DNA of 64,000 nucleotides from Octopus vulgaris (taxonomy: Eukaryota): assembly GCA_951406725.2 (NCBI GenBank), contig OX597816.1, positions 80,228,001-80,292,000 on the forward strand, written 5' to 3'. A program made the position numbers and the translations under genes. Shown here one piece after another: positions 25,401 through 38,811 of this stretch (its first letter is position 1; every line of letters begins with the position of its first letter). A model generated the notes under the pieces. The model saw only the letters and a program-made list of their open reading frames with translations, ran no database searches and was not told where the DNA came from.

Positions 25401-26612
25401 AGTAAATATATGATTTTATATTACTGTCCAGCCTCATAGCTTAATCGCGGAAATTAATAAGTATTATGCTTAAATAAAAATTGTTAAATTATTTTATCTT
25501 TATTTCTTGACATAATTCCAAAGATATCATTTTTAATGGTATTTGTCTTGCAAAAAATGTCACAATACCCAGTTCTGATTGCACTAAGACATGCTTTACC
25601 GCAGTTAAAGTCCTTCTCTTAGCAGATTTTTTAACGGAAAATATTCACATTTACCCGAAAAGAAACTGCTTCGACTGAAAGATATCTACGTGTTTGAACA
25701 ATCTAGTAATGTATTTTTCATTTTTACAAATGGTCGTTAAAATTTTATCTTCTTGTTGAATATAGAAAATAGAATGTGCTGTTGAATATAAGTCATAGAT
25801 TATTCAATTTAGTTTGTTGAGTTCCTTATGAAACGTTGTAGTATAAGAAGCCTTCGTTCCTGTAAGAGGCAAATACTCTAATTTCCTTTGTAACTTAAAT
25901 AGGGTATTGTTAATTATTTTATGATTGTTATTATGTTATCAGTTGTGGAAAATGTGGGTGTAACGCTAAATTGATTTTTTTATTTGTTGACTATTTATCG
26001 ATTGAGACAATATAATTTCTTATTATTAACTGGAAAATTAATTTTATCTTATTTTCAGATTTTTCCGAGTAAATATTTTGAAAACAAATCGTAACTTAGA
26101 TATAGGTTTATGTTTAATGTTCGGATTAAGAATAGAGGTAGGCATTAAAGTCTGGAGTAAGTGCTTTTAATAGGAATAACCTACTTAAAGAAAACGGCAC
26201 ACGTCTTTCTCTTCCATTTGTTCGTAAAACAGAAGCCCAAGAAATCCAACTGATAATTACTTAACGCCAGAGAAATCTTCTTAGGCTTCACGTTACTAAA
26301 TGTAATTTTATACTCAACATCCTTGTGCGTGCTCGACGAAGACGTATTGTTATCAAAGCAATGGACAGGTTTTTGATGCAGCGAGAGATCCATATTCCAT
26401 ATGTTCAGACGGCTGTACATCAAAGTTTCAACTCAAAGCTAGTCGAGGTCTTCGCTGTCCAAAAAGCAAAATATTAGTGACCAAAAGTAAAGAGTACAAT
26501 ACATCTCTCAAGGAATAAGAAGCAGCGATTAAGAATCTTGTGGAGATTGTAACGTTAGATATGTTACCAAATGTCCTCTGTCGAATTTGAAGACCCTGTA
26601 AATTTCCTAATT

Positions 26613-26662
<50 letters not shown>

Positions 26663-26994
26663 ACATACAGTTACACACATACACACACACGTATATTAAA
26701 TGTTAATCGTGTGATACACATTTACCCAACAATAATAGAAATACGGAACACATACACACATACATATACGTGTAAACATGTGTGTGTGTGTGTGTGTAGT
26801 ATACATATGGTTGCACGTATGTATACTATCTTTTACATGTAAAAGTTGAAAGTGACTTCGAAGAACGGTTGATTCGTCTTCATCGGACTGACGACCATTT
26901 TTCTTGTAAAAATTAATAAATGGTTACTCTAAAAAAAATTTGAATAATCCCTTAGTTTAACGTTAACATGTATATAACATAACATAAGATAAAC

Positions 26995-27041
<47 letters not shown>

Positions 27042-27169
27042 GTGTGTGTGTGCGTGTGTGTGTGCGCGCGCGCGCGTGCATGCGTGCGTGTGTGTTTTCA
27101 ACTGTTACACTGTGACTGCACTTCCAAGTCTGTAGTCTATGACTAATTCTTTCTACTAGAAGCATAATG

Positions 27170-27442
27170 CCTCAGTTTTGGGGAAAGGGATTAAGTCAAT
27201 TACATCGACTCCAGTGCGTAACTGGAACTTATTTAATCGACCCGGAAAGGATGAAAGGACAGACAAACGGATTAAGTCGATTATATTGACCCCAATGCGT
27301 AACTGGTTCTTATTTAATCGACCCCGAAAGGATGAAAGGCAAAGTCGACCTCAGCGGAATTTGAACACAGAGCGTAACGGCAGACGAAATACGGTTATGC
27401 ATTTCGCCCGGCGTGCTAGCGATTTTGCCAGCTCGCCGCCTT
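27170..27442 (-). mobile_element. SINE family B with partial internal tandem duplication
   Basis: Core ggattaagtc...atttaatcgaccc..aaaggatgaaagg present twice. Confidence 0.85.
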
Positions 27443-27456
27443 TGTAGTCTATGGAT

Positions 27457-27844
27457 GTGGAGGCGCAATGGCCCAGTGGTTAGGGCAGCAGACTCGCGGT
27501 CGTAGGATCGCGGTTTCGATCCCCAGACCGGGCATTGTGAGTGTTTATTGTGCGAAAACACTTAAAGCTTCACAAGGCTCCTGCAGGGGGTGGTGGTGAA
27601 CCCTGCTGTACTCTTTCACCACAACTTTCTCTCACTCTTTCTTCCTGTTTCTGTTGTACCTGTATTTCAAAGGGCCAGCCTTGTCACACACTCTGTGTCA
27701 CGCTGAATCTCCTCGAGAACTACATTAAGGGTACACGTGTCTGTGGAGTGCTCAGCCACTTACACGTTAATTCCACGAGCAAGCTGTTCCGTTGATCGTA
27801 TCAGCTGGGACCCTCATCGTCGTAACCGACGAAGTGCTCCTAAA
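27457..27844 (+). mobile_element. tRNA-derived SINE family C, full length
   Basis: A box tggcccagtgg, B box ggtttcgatccc; 11-bp TSD agtctatggat at 27446-27456 and 27845-27855; closely similar to 39387-39773. Confidence 0.93.
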
Positions 27845-28439
27845 AGTCTATGGATAATATCGAGTCTAACACTACATAGTTTATAGGTTTTAGAAGCATA
27901 GTGAAGCTGGGTAGTGCTTGGACTCAGAATCTAAAGAAACGTAACCAAATACCATTTAATATTTTGTTCGCCTTCAAGCTAATTTAACCATAATTCCTTC
28001 CACCCAACGACATGCAAGCATACATGTACACACACTCACACACACGTACACGCGTGCGCGAAAATTAATCTTTTGGACACATCTGTACTCTCACATGAGA
28101 AAGGAACAGAATGTAGAAATGACGAAGAAAGAGAAGGAACAGAAATGAGAGAAAAAGGGAGAGGCAGAGAGAGAAGAGAGATAGAGGGCAGTCTTATATC
28201 AGTCGCGTAATGTTTCAAACCACGTATCTGCGTGGAAAATGATTTACAAACATCAAATTAACTGCATCACTTCCATTCATATTTTTGTCATGAATTACAT
28301 ACATATCTATATTTTAGTCTCAAAGTAATGACAGCAATGTGAGAGCGACAGTGAAAATAAGTGTTATATTACCGTAAAGCACGTAGATTATGCATGAAAT
28401 GAAATATTACTGCTTAAAATATGAATTTAAAAAATGGTA

Positions 28440-28481
<42 letters not shown>

Positions 28482-28484
<3 letters not shown>

Positions 28485-28880
28485 TATATAAAATCCGTTC
28501 TGTCTGTCTGTGTGAGTGTGTGTGTGTGTGTCTTCTGGCATCTCGGGCATCCTCCATCCGATTGCGCTCAAATTTGGTATGTAGATACCGATAGTATCAG
28601 GGCGTGTGTAAGTCTTGAAAAAATTACAAAAATCGATTCCAGGTGAGAATGCGATCGATAAAGCCGTGGGAACGTGCATTTGTACGCGCAAGTACATCAC
28701 CTGTTGCGATTGATATCTTTATTTCTTCTTTTGCTGGTGTCTCAAATTTTGTTTAAATCAGTGTTTCTGAAAGGGAAGGCCTATGGGACGGACGGACAAG
28801 TTGTTTTGAGAAAATTTGGTTTAAATGTTTGACATCCCAGCGACCTTCCATTGGGCGGGTGGGTGGGGGCGTTTTGCTAG
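28482..28880 (+). mobile_element. Possible non-autonomous Helitron-like element
   Basis: Starts tatataaaa then (CTGT)n; internal ccgattgcgctcaaatttggtatg; GC-rich subterminal segment ending CTAGT; no TSD or TIR seen. Confidence 0.45.
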
Positions 28881-28905
28881 TAGATATATATATATATATA
28901 TATAT

Positions 28906-29133
28906 AAATCGAAGTAAGCAACAAGGATATCCAGAGGTAATGCAGTACGGTCGTTTCATGCAACTCCATTTATGTTTCAGCGGCAAAGTGTTCAGACGGC
29001 TGTACATCAAAGTACAATGCAATCACTACATCAATTTAAACTGATGTAATGATTCCATTGTTCAATTAAATAGAGTTGCATGAAACGATCGTACTGCATT
29101 ACTTCTGGATATCCTTGTTGCTTATTTTGATTT
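28906..29133. repeat. Inverted repeat (~67-bp arms) of a dispersed repeat
   Basis: 28906-28972 pairs with 29066-29133; 25 nt of the spacer (28989-29013) are identical to 26402-26426. Confidence 0.85.
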
Positions 29134-29484
29134 TAATCACCTTACTTTGAAATTGTATGGATAATACCGTACTAAATTATGGTGCCTCAACTTATGTACC
29201 ATATTAAACTGAATCGACATATATATACATACATAAAACAGAACTGGATCTCTTACTGTTAAGGGTTCCAGACGAGCCTGCCTCACGGCAGGAAACACAG
29301 GTGATGGCAGCAGCTTCAAACTTCCTCATTGATCAAATGTCACATATTAGAGGAGGTTCCAAATAATAGTGTAGCTCAGTCAATGGTGGTGCTCCTGCAT
29401 GACCGCAGCTTTGCAGCTGAAACATTTTTAAAACATAAAAAAAAATTTTTAAATATAGATATACATATATATAATCATACATCA

Positions 29485-29516
<32 letters not shown>

Positions 29517-29532
29517 GTATATATATACACCC

Positions 29533-29563
<31 letters not shown>

Positions 29564-29578
29564 AATGTAGTAGTAGTT

Positions 29579-29614
<36 letters not shown>

Positions 29615-29689
29615 ACAGCAGCAGTAGTAATAGCAGTAGTAGTAGTAGTAGTAGCAGCAGCAGCAGCAGCAGGAGATGCGTTAAAAAAG

Positions 29690-30650
29690 CATAACAATAC
29701 ATAAAATTGACCTAGTAATTTAAATAGGTAAAGCGATAAAGATCTGTCGAAAAAATATTCATTGTTATATGAAATCATACTACGAAATAAATTATTAAAA
29801 AAGGTAAGAAAATGCTCTGGTATTTTGAATGCCAAAATGCTAGAAGATCCTTGCTATTTAAAATGAATGAATCTCCACAAGCAGAAATGGATTATTGATA
29901 TGGCCTGTACCAGAGAGGGAACATTTATTCAAAATAACTACAGAATCTGAGAAAGTACCCAAAGCTAAATTTTGAAATGCGTGAAAATAGGAGAGGGTAC
30001 GTAAGGATGATGTCAATAATGATTTCTTATTTAAGCGGAAGAATAGTTGAGATAGGGAAAAAAAAAAAAGAAATTTGTTTAAAGGAGAGAAAACGATTGA
30101 AAAAAAAATGTATACATGCGAAAGTAGAACATTCCATTGTGCAAATGCGGAATAACTTTTTATATGTTACTTTTCCGTATTGTCAGAAAAGCATGCATTT
30201 CTATATTTAAAAGAACTATGAAAATCTTGGTTACCCAAGGGTAGCTGAGGTTTTTGAAGTTTCGAAGCTGTTTTTGCTTGGCAAGTGACGTAATTTGATT
30301 ACAGTGGTAACATCCATCAAGACGTGATGTTATTGAAAAAAATGATTATTGTGAGATCCCGTGATATTTCTTACCATGCAATATAGGAACGGAAACCAGA
30401 TATGATCCTGAAAGAAAAAAATAGGTGAAGAATGTAATATCATGGATTTTGTAATGCAATATCACAATGTAGCAAAGACAGCTGGAGAAAAATATAAAAT
30501 ACAGAAAAAATATCTGGATTTAACAAAAGAACTGCAAGTGAGACACAAAAACATTTCCCATTCCCATTGTGGGAAAAAGGAAGGAAACTGCTATAGTTTT
30601 TCGAAAGAGATAGGAGTTGCGGAAGACCATGGTCTTCTATACTACAAGAA
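29690..30650 (+). mobile_element. Heavily decayed RLE-type LINE fragment
   Basis: KPDMILKEK...IMDFVMQY...EK..KKYLDLTKELQ (PD..D..K-type motif) near 30390-30540; boundaries approximate. Confidence 0.5.
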
Positions 30651-31127
30651 CTAACTTTTCAATTTTTCTCAATTCCTTGAAGGTTGGGAAAATGGTTCAC
30701 CAAATATCACAGTATAAATCTGCAGACATAATGAGTGTGATATTTCTATAAAGCAAAATAATCTGTCGTATGCCTCGTTCATCACATGGAAATGATAATA
30801 AGGTTAAAAACGTACCAATATTTGGTACAGCACTGGGAATGATTAAAGAGAACAAGAATGAAAATATAAACTTCGTGTTCTAAATTTCCGGTCCGACCAA
30901 AAAGAAAAAAAACTTGTTAAACATCATCGCACGTAAGACACATTACATTAAATAACATGCCTCACACAATACATACTTTACACAATCATTACCTAATATT
31001 CTAACAGATTCATAGATAGCAACATAATGAGAAATAACAAAGCAAGCTACTCAATGCATCAAACTGGTGACATATTTCTTCTCAAGATAATTAGCACCGA
31101 CTTCAAGAATACGTGTTGAAAATTTAC

Positions 31128-31592
31128 AGCGGTGGGCTGGCAGAGATTTTAGCATGCCGGGCAAAATGTTTAGCAGCATTTCGTCTGTCATTACGTTGTG
31201 AGTTCAAACTCGGTCGGAGTCATCTTTGTCTTACATCAATTAGTGAGCGATAAAATAAGTACCACTTGAAGACTGGGATCAATGTAAATTCCTTCCCCTG
31301 AAATTGATGGCATTGAGTCAAAATTTGAAACCATAACAAGTAAAATAATAATAATAAATATTATTATCATCATCATCATTATCAAGGCGGTGAGCTGGCA
31401 GAAGCGTTAGCACGCCGGTCAAAATGCTTAGCAGCATTTCATCCGTCGCTACGTTCTTAGTAGCGAGGTCGAATTTGCCTTTCATCTGTTCTGGGTCGAG
31501 AGATTAAGTACCAGTGAAACCCTTTGGGTCGATATAATCGACTAATCCCTTTCCCCAAAATGACTGATCTTGTGGCAAAATTTGACACCATT
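31128..31592 (+). mobile_element. Two tandem SINE family B copies (short tail)
   Basis: Heads at ~31128 and ~31384, each ending ...caaaatttga(a/c)acca. Confidence 0.8.
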
Positions 31593-31605
31593 ATTATTAT
31601 CATCA

Positions 31606-31928
31606 TATGCACACAACAGATTAGACTGTTGAAAATGAAAAATCCTAACATCGGGTTTCAACAAGTAACCTTAGATGCCAGGAATCCTCTTAAGTATCCT
31701 AGCTGTCCCTATCACTGTTTTTTTGTGTTGTATTAAACTGGGTCTTATGCCTATTTCCTCTATCCATCGGTTCAAATCTTTAAGAGATACATTTTACCCG
31801 CACGTTTCATAGCCTTTGTAATTCAATAGCTAGGTCCTGGTACTTTGCTATTTTTTCTATTCCTCTCATATCGATTTTTTCATATGGAACTGTAAAGTCA
31901 ACTATCTGACATTTTCTATTCCCCTTAT

Positions 31929-31963
<35 letters not shown>

Positions 31964-31973
31964 GCTGCTGCTG

Positions 31974-32021
<48 letters not shown>

Positions 32022-33590
32022 AATCAGGATTTCTAGCTTCTATTACTCTGTCAGTCTGAATGTTAAAGTCCTACATCTTTTATCTCTTACTTTCTAGTAT
32101 TTTAATCGGTTCATATTCATACCATTTGTCAGTATGTTCAAATCCTAGCTTTCTACATAACTTCCCGTGGATTTCTCTCCTTAGGTCGTCATGTCTTTTC
32201 TTGTATTATTTCTGTGCCAGCATGCTACATTCACTTACTATACCAATAACGCTTTCCTATATTGATTTGCATAACCTACACTGGGAATTTATTTGGTTTT
32301 TGTCTATCTTGATTTTTATCCAATTAGTCCTTAATGGTTGATCCTGTGTTGCTATTAAAAAACTTTCTATCCCCCTTTTCAGCGTTCCTTTCTGCAATCA
32401 TAACCATGTCTCACTACTACTAATTTGCTACAGCTATTTTTGAGAATCAGCCATGCAACGCTTTCTCCTTCCAGTCAGATAATTTCTGGGTGTTTTTCTG
32501 GTTTTTAACTTCGTTTGGGATATTGGTTTCCCTATATCTTGCTGTAACTCTACAGCTTTTAATAAACTTTCTTTATCATTACCTACATGGGAGAATATAT
32601 CTGCTCAAGCTAACTCCACGCAGTCTTCTACAGTTATTAACACGCTTCCGCCTTCCTTTCTAGATAAGTATAATATTGCTACTCCTGCCCTTGTGTGAAG
32701 TCATCCATTCATATTGAATTCCTTCCTAGTTCATCTGTCTAGCTTTGCTAGTTCAGTTTTTGCCCAATCTACAAAAGCTGCTGGTTATCTAAGTAATGAT
32801 ACTGCCCAAGTATTTACAACCTTCACTAGATTCGGGCCATTTAGCTTTGATTTCATTAACGTTCTCACTCTTCTGATGTACTCCTCAATTTTTATTTTTA
32901 TTTCTGTTGTTAGTACTTTGTCAGATTCTAATACTCCTAGATACTTATAACTCTCTCCTCCTTTCAATGATTTTAATGTCTGGCCATCTGGTAATTGGAT
33001 GCATTCGCTGTTGACTACCTTCTTCTCATGACTAATATTGCACATTTATCGATACTAAATTCCATGCCTATATCTCAGCTGAATAGTCTTACGGTCTATA
33101 TTAATGAATCTATCTATTTTCATTCTTACTAAAAAGCTTCAGCTCATCCATGTAGAGTAAATGGTTAATTTTTCCCTTACTATTTCTGAGCTGATATCCT
33201 GCCTTTGCCTTCCTTAATACTAAACTGAGGGGGATCAAACATAAGGCAAATATTAAAAGGGAACAACCAGGCCCCCTGAAAAAATCCTCTTTTGATATTA
33301 ACATTCCCTGAGAGTGTCAACCAAGTAGAGATCTACTTTCCATTTCTTCATGCTAAAGCTGATTCTCTTATGTTGTCTGCGATACTGAATTTACTCAAAC
33401 ATTCACTTATCCATGATTGAGGGATCATGTCGTATGCTTTCCTATAATCCATCCAAGCTATTTTAAAATTTTTCTTTCCAGATTTTATTTCATTTAGAAC
33501 TGCTTTGTTTATGTATAATAGATCATGCGTTCCTCTAGCCTCCTACCTGCAACATTTCTGTTCTTCTGGCAGTAAATTCTGATTGTCAAG
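31606..33590 (-). mobile_element. Decayed R4/Dong-like non-LTR retrotransposon
   Basis: LLPEEQK, WMDYRKAYDMIP, INHLLYMDELKLF, YKYLGVLESD, CRLCK..SEC..RHD, RNPDL..DKG..IVDFTVPY, GTARILKRI; ends in (TAA)n. Confidence 0.9.
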
Positions 33591-33652
33591 GTACTCGTAA
33601 ATGCTTTCTGAAAGCATTTCTGTGTTTACATTTTCTGTAAGATGCTACTACT

Positions 33653-33700
<48 letters not shown>

Positions 33701-33719
33701 GATATTATATAATATAATA

Positions 33720-33768
<49 letters not shown>

Positions 33769-33802
33769 GATATTATATAATATAATATAATATAATATAT
33801 AT

Positions 33803-33834
<32 letters not shown>

Positions 33835-33849
33835 CTGTAAATGTATCTG

Positions 33850-34152
33850 TAATTATAATATGTGACAATTATTCAGTAGCCATGATAAAACTCCGAATTT
33901 CGGATGTCGGGTTGGAAACCCACGCCGGCATCTCTTCAGTTATCGGGCCATCCCAAAAAATTCTATGATCAGGTGCTCATGGTAGCGAGCTACCGGGAAG
34001 GAAGACGGATCAAATCTGAAACCAGCACGTATCAAGCATTAAGAATCCACAAAAACAATGAAACAATCAAAGAAAACTATATCTTGATGTGAGCCATCTC
34101 GGGAATACTGAAAGATTTTTCTTGTATGAAGCGTATATAACACACACACACA

Positions 34153-34218
<66 letters not shown>

Positions 34219-34348
34219 TACACACACTACACTTCATACAAGAAAAATCTTTCAGTTTTCCGAGATGGTTCACATCAAGATATAGGGTTGTTTCATTGTT
34301 TCATTGCGTGATGGTTTCAGATTTGATCCATCTTCCCGACAGCTCGCT
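33850..34348 (-). mobile_element. Hammerhead-bearing non-coding element with inverted partial copy (PLE-like layout)
   Basis: 33984-34135 pairs with 34228-34348 across a (CA)n spacer; left end homologous to 13565-13663. Confidence 0.7.
33884..33944 (-). ncRNA. Type I hammerhead ribozyme (canonical core, GUU site)
   Basis: gataa CTGAAGA gatgccggcgtgg-gttt-ccaacccgacatcc GAAA ttcggag TT ttatc; stem I gataa/ttatc covaries with aataa/ttatt at 13603. Confidence 0.75.
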
Positions 34349-34780
34349 CTCATTCGTCTATGGTGTTTGGTATACGCTGTGGTATTCTTCTATTATGAGT
34401 CCATTTTCGACAGCGTTTACTTTTTCTAACTGAATACTACCCATGGACATTTAATGATGTTCCTGTCGTAGTTATAATTATTATTGATGTATCAGCGAGA
34501 GACCCCGAAAAAACAGTAATGTGCATATATAGAGAGGTCTTGTATAAATATGGATGTACACGTAATTAAAATTTAATATTTTACTCACATGTTTGCAGTT
34601 TTCGTATAGAATTATTGCAGTCCTTTTGCTTGGATTTTTACGCACATGTTAGTAGGGCGGTGCATCTGGGGGAAGCTACTTTTGTATATATATACTCCTC
34701 CATATAAGAAAAATCTTTCAATTTCCTATGACAGCTTACATTAAAACACAGTTCTCTTTCATTTTATTATTATTATTATT

Positions 34781-34844
<64 letters not shown>

Positions 34845-34866
34845 GTATTATTATTATTATTATTAT

Positions 34867-35030
34867 TCAGTAGTTTTATTTTTATAGCGTGCTTTCACTT
34901 CACTACCGAGCGCAGCTCTGTGTGCCTTGGGTATGTGCTGTGATTTGTTGGGATGCTCTGATGGTTATTGTATGGAAAGTGTTCTGCGTAGGATGTGTGC
35001 AGTGCCTAGTAGTGCAATTTTCTGTATATT
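34867..35030 (-). mobile_element. 5'-truncated R4/Dong-like 3' end embedded in (TAA)n
   Basis: NIQKIALLGTAHILRRTLSIQ* then a short 3' UTR; (TAA)n on both sides. Confidence 0.75.
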
Positions 35031-35075
35031 ATTATTATTATTATTATTATGATTATTATTATTATTATTATTATC

Positions 35076-36190
35076 AAGGCGGCGAGCTGGCACAATCGTT
35101 AGTACACCGTGCAAAATGATTAGCAGCATTTCACCCGTCGCTACGTTCTGAGTTCAAATTCCACTGAGGTTGACTTTACCTTTCATTCTTTCAGGATCGA
35201 TAATTTAAGTACCAATGAAACTCTGGGGTCGATGTAATCGACTCATCTCATCCTCCAATATCGCTGCCCTTGTGGTAAAATTAGAAACCATTACTATTAC
35301 TAAGGCGGCGAGGTGACAGAATCGTTAGCACGTCGGGCGAAATACTTAGCGGTATTTCGCCTGTAGCTACGTTCTGAGTTCAAATTCCGTTGAGGTCGAC
35401 TTTGTCTTTCATCCTTTCAGTGTCGATGAAATAAGTACGAGTTATGCACTGGGGTCGATGTGATCGACTAGCCCCCTTCCGCCAAAATTTTCAAGGCCTT
35501 ATGCCCAGAGTAGAAATAATAATAATAATTATTATTATTATCAAGGCGGCGAGCTGACAGAATCGTGAGTACGCCGGGCATACGTCTTGAGTTCAACTTC
35601 CACCGAGGTCGACTTTGCTTTCATCCTTTGATAAGGGTTGAGAGATTAAGTACCAGTGAAACACAGGGGTCGAAGTAGTCGACTAGTCTCCTCACCTCAA
35701 AATTTCAGGTTTTGTGCCTTTAGTAGGAAGGATTATTCATATTACTGTTAAGGTGGTGAGGTGGCAGAATCATTAGCACGCTGGACGAAAAGCTGAGCAG
35801 TGTTTCGTTTGTTGCTACGTTCAGTGTTCAAATTCCGCCGAGGTCGACTTGACCTTTCGTCCTCTTTGGGTCGGTAAAATAAGTACCATTTGATCACTGG
35901 GGCCAATATAACCGACTCGTACTCCTGCCAAACTAAAAAGCTGCCTTTGTGACAAAATTTGAAACCCTTATTATCATTGTTGTTAAGGTGGCAAGCTCGC
36001 AGAATCGTTAGTACGCCGGGGAAAATGCTTCGCGCATTACGCACGTCGTTACGTTCTGAGTTCAGACTCCACCGAGGTCGACTTTGCCTTTCATTCTTTC
36101 GTGGTCGATAAATTAAGTACCAGTCAAATACTGGGGTCGATGTGATAGACCATCAATCAATTTCCAGGTCGTGTACCTATTGTAGAAATG
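35076..36190 (+). mobile_element. Head-to-tail array of five SINE family B copies
   Basis: Heads at 35076, 35302, 35543, 35750 and 35985 separated by short (TAT)n-like spacers. Confidence 0.9.
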
Positions 36191-37002
36191 ATTATTATTG
36201 CTGCTGTTGTTGGTCTTTTAAAGTCTCACCAACGACCAATCTAGAAGTAGTGTCTCAATGAAAATACTAACTTTAGTGTCATAGCGAATTTCTGAAACTA
36301 CAGCGTACTTTTTATTTATTTTTGCTCTCTGCAACTAAACCACAGATATTTCTCCATAAATAATTTCAATATATGCAAATAAACTAACCAATGAGAGACT
36401 GAAGCCCGACCAGCTAGAAATAGTTCCCATTTCTCCTTGGAATTACACATTACCGAATTGACAAATAGTGGCATATTCGACAATAGAGAGCAAAATCGAT
36501 AATGCTCCGAAGGGGGACAGGTGGCCATGATTATGAGATAGTTTTCTTTGTCAAATATATTGTCTGCTGTTTTTATTTGTCATATGATGCACTGCTTCGG
36601 TCTGTGAGCAGTGCTTGTAGCGTTTTCAGTGTTTGTATCTTATTTCTCTTATACACTATTTCTCTCTCTCACTCTCTCGCACACACGCACACGCACGCGC
36701 AAACACTTTTGCTCGCTCCCTTTTCATAATATCGTAAGCCCCGTTATTCTCTCCTTTCAGCTCCTTCCCTACAGTTGTTCTTTACATTATTTCGCCTTCC
36801 TCTAGCCCTTCTCTGATTTTATATACCTTCAGCACACGATAAATTCACAAACACTCCCTACCTTCACGCAATACACACGAATACACAGCAAACATACGAA
36901 ATTTCATGTACGCACAAGTATACCCAAATATGATATATGTATATAAATATATATGTATACACATACACACACATGCATATCAAATACATATTACAAAAAG
37001 AT

Positions 37003-37173
<171 letters not shown>

Positions 37174-37475
37174 CGTTATACATACGAGCAGAAAGACCGC
37201 ACTCCGGGCGGTTTTCTGCTAGCCCCTTGATGATATTTTCACGTCTGATTCCAATCATAATCATTTTAATATTCTACGTGTAATTATTTCTTTGTATAAT
37301 AGTGCTCACTTGTTAACTAAATATTGCTTTCATTATTTTGTTAGTCATAATCTCACTTTTTTAAACAAATATCACGGTAGTCCAACAACAGAAGGGGAGG
37401 CAGTTTGTCAAGGTTTACCTTCCCCTCAAAGCTACATTGAGATTTCAATTCAGCAGCCCATCTGTAAGCTTTGCA

Positions 37476-37525
<50 letters not shown>

Positions 37526-38767
37526 ATGTGTGTGTGTGTGTGATGAATGAAATAAACATGATATGAAAAAATCGTATAAATAAAAGGGTATTACTACAGA
37601 TGTATATGTCCCCGACATTGTTGCCTCATTACATCCAGAAAGATGGATACTTTTAACAAAATGTTCTACAAATACCGCTTAGATGTTGTGGCTTCAGAGT
37701 AAATAGGGATTTATGGGAAAGAATATTTCTGAGGGGGTGGACAGAGGAGAGAAGAAAATTCGCGCGATCTGATTTTTTTACCCTCATAATTTTCAGGAAA
37801 ATGGGTATCTTTTAATGAAAGTTTATATAAATCCCTTCCAAATACCATTATAAAGCATAGATTACGATTATAAAGAAATCTGTGGGGAAAGTTTTTCGGG
37901 GATTTTCCCCATTTTTTAAACCACCCCCTTCGAAATGATGGGGTGGGGTGGGGTTCATCTTTGTATAAAAAAGAGTTTTGAAAACTCTGTTTTTTTTTTA
38001 TATCCTTCCGTCATCATCCCACTCCGGACCTATTTTGGCCAACTTTTTGGCATTTCAAAATGATGGGAAGAGCGTTTTCGGTAAAAAAGTAATATTTTCA
38101 GAGGGAAAAGTGAGTGATTTAAGGGCGATTTGGCTATTGTTTCTAGCAGACCGAAACACAACTCACCTTGTTTCTTTATCACTCTCGCATGTATTCGTGT
38201 TTTTCAATATTTTCCCCCATAAATACATTTATATGATATAAAAAAGAAAATTTTAGAAATTATGAATTTTTTGCAACCCACACCCTGCTCCCGATTGTTT
38301 CTATTTAGAAATAAAAATATTGAAGAGCCTGAGAAGGTCATTGCTGGCATTTATCAACAAGGATTTTTTTTTAATGTTTCGTAAACGATAATTCATTTTA
38401 ATAGCATACTGTTCTGTTAGAAAATATTTTTCTTACACACTCACACACATGGCTTCACTTGATTGAGGTGTGAGTAAACATTTAGATTACAATTTATTTT
38501 GTCGCTTATATTCCACCAATGGGCCGCGCGTTATTTTATTTCGCCATCATCATTCCATAAAATGTGTTTAATGGGAGAAAAGTATTGAAAAACCACCAAT
38601 ACATGTGATAGTGAAAACGGAGGGTGGTTTGGGTTGTGCTAAAAACAACCAGTTTCACTTCAACATTCGGATTTCATGTATGAGAAAATATTTTCGTCGC
38701 TTTGAAACCGCGACCTGTTCACTGACAACACTTCCCAAAAGTGATGCCGCACAAAGTTTTGACAGTG

Positions 38768-38811
<44 letters not shown>

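Noticed and set aside
26845-26890. Hammerhead-like CCGATGA agacg...GAAG on the minus strand
   Set aside because: Two core deviations and no stem III; kept only as weak support for the C4 variant
27457-27535. tRNA gene
   Set aside because: A and B boxes belong to a TSD-flanked SINE head repeated at 39387; no complete cloverleaf or terminator
35076-36190. CRISPR-like array
   Set aside because: Units are ~220-bp diverged SINEs with simple-repeat spacers; eukaryotic context and no cas genes
37580-38450. Possible Helentron-associated element
   Set aside because: Composition suggestive, but no termini, hairpin or second copy identified
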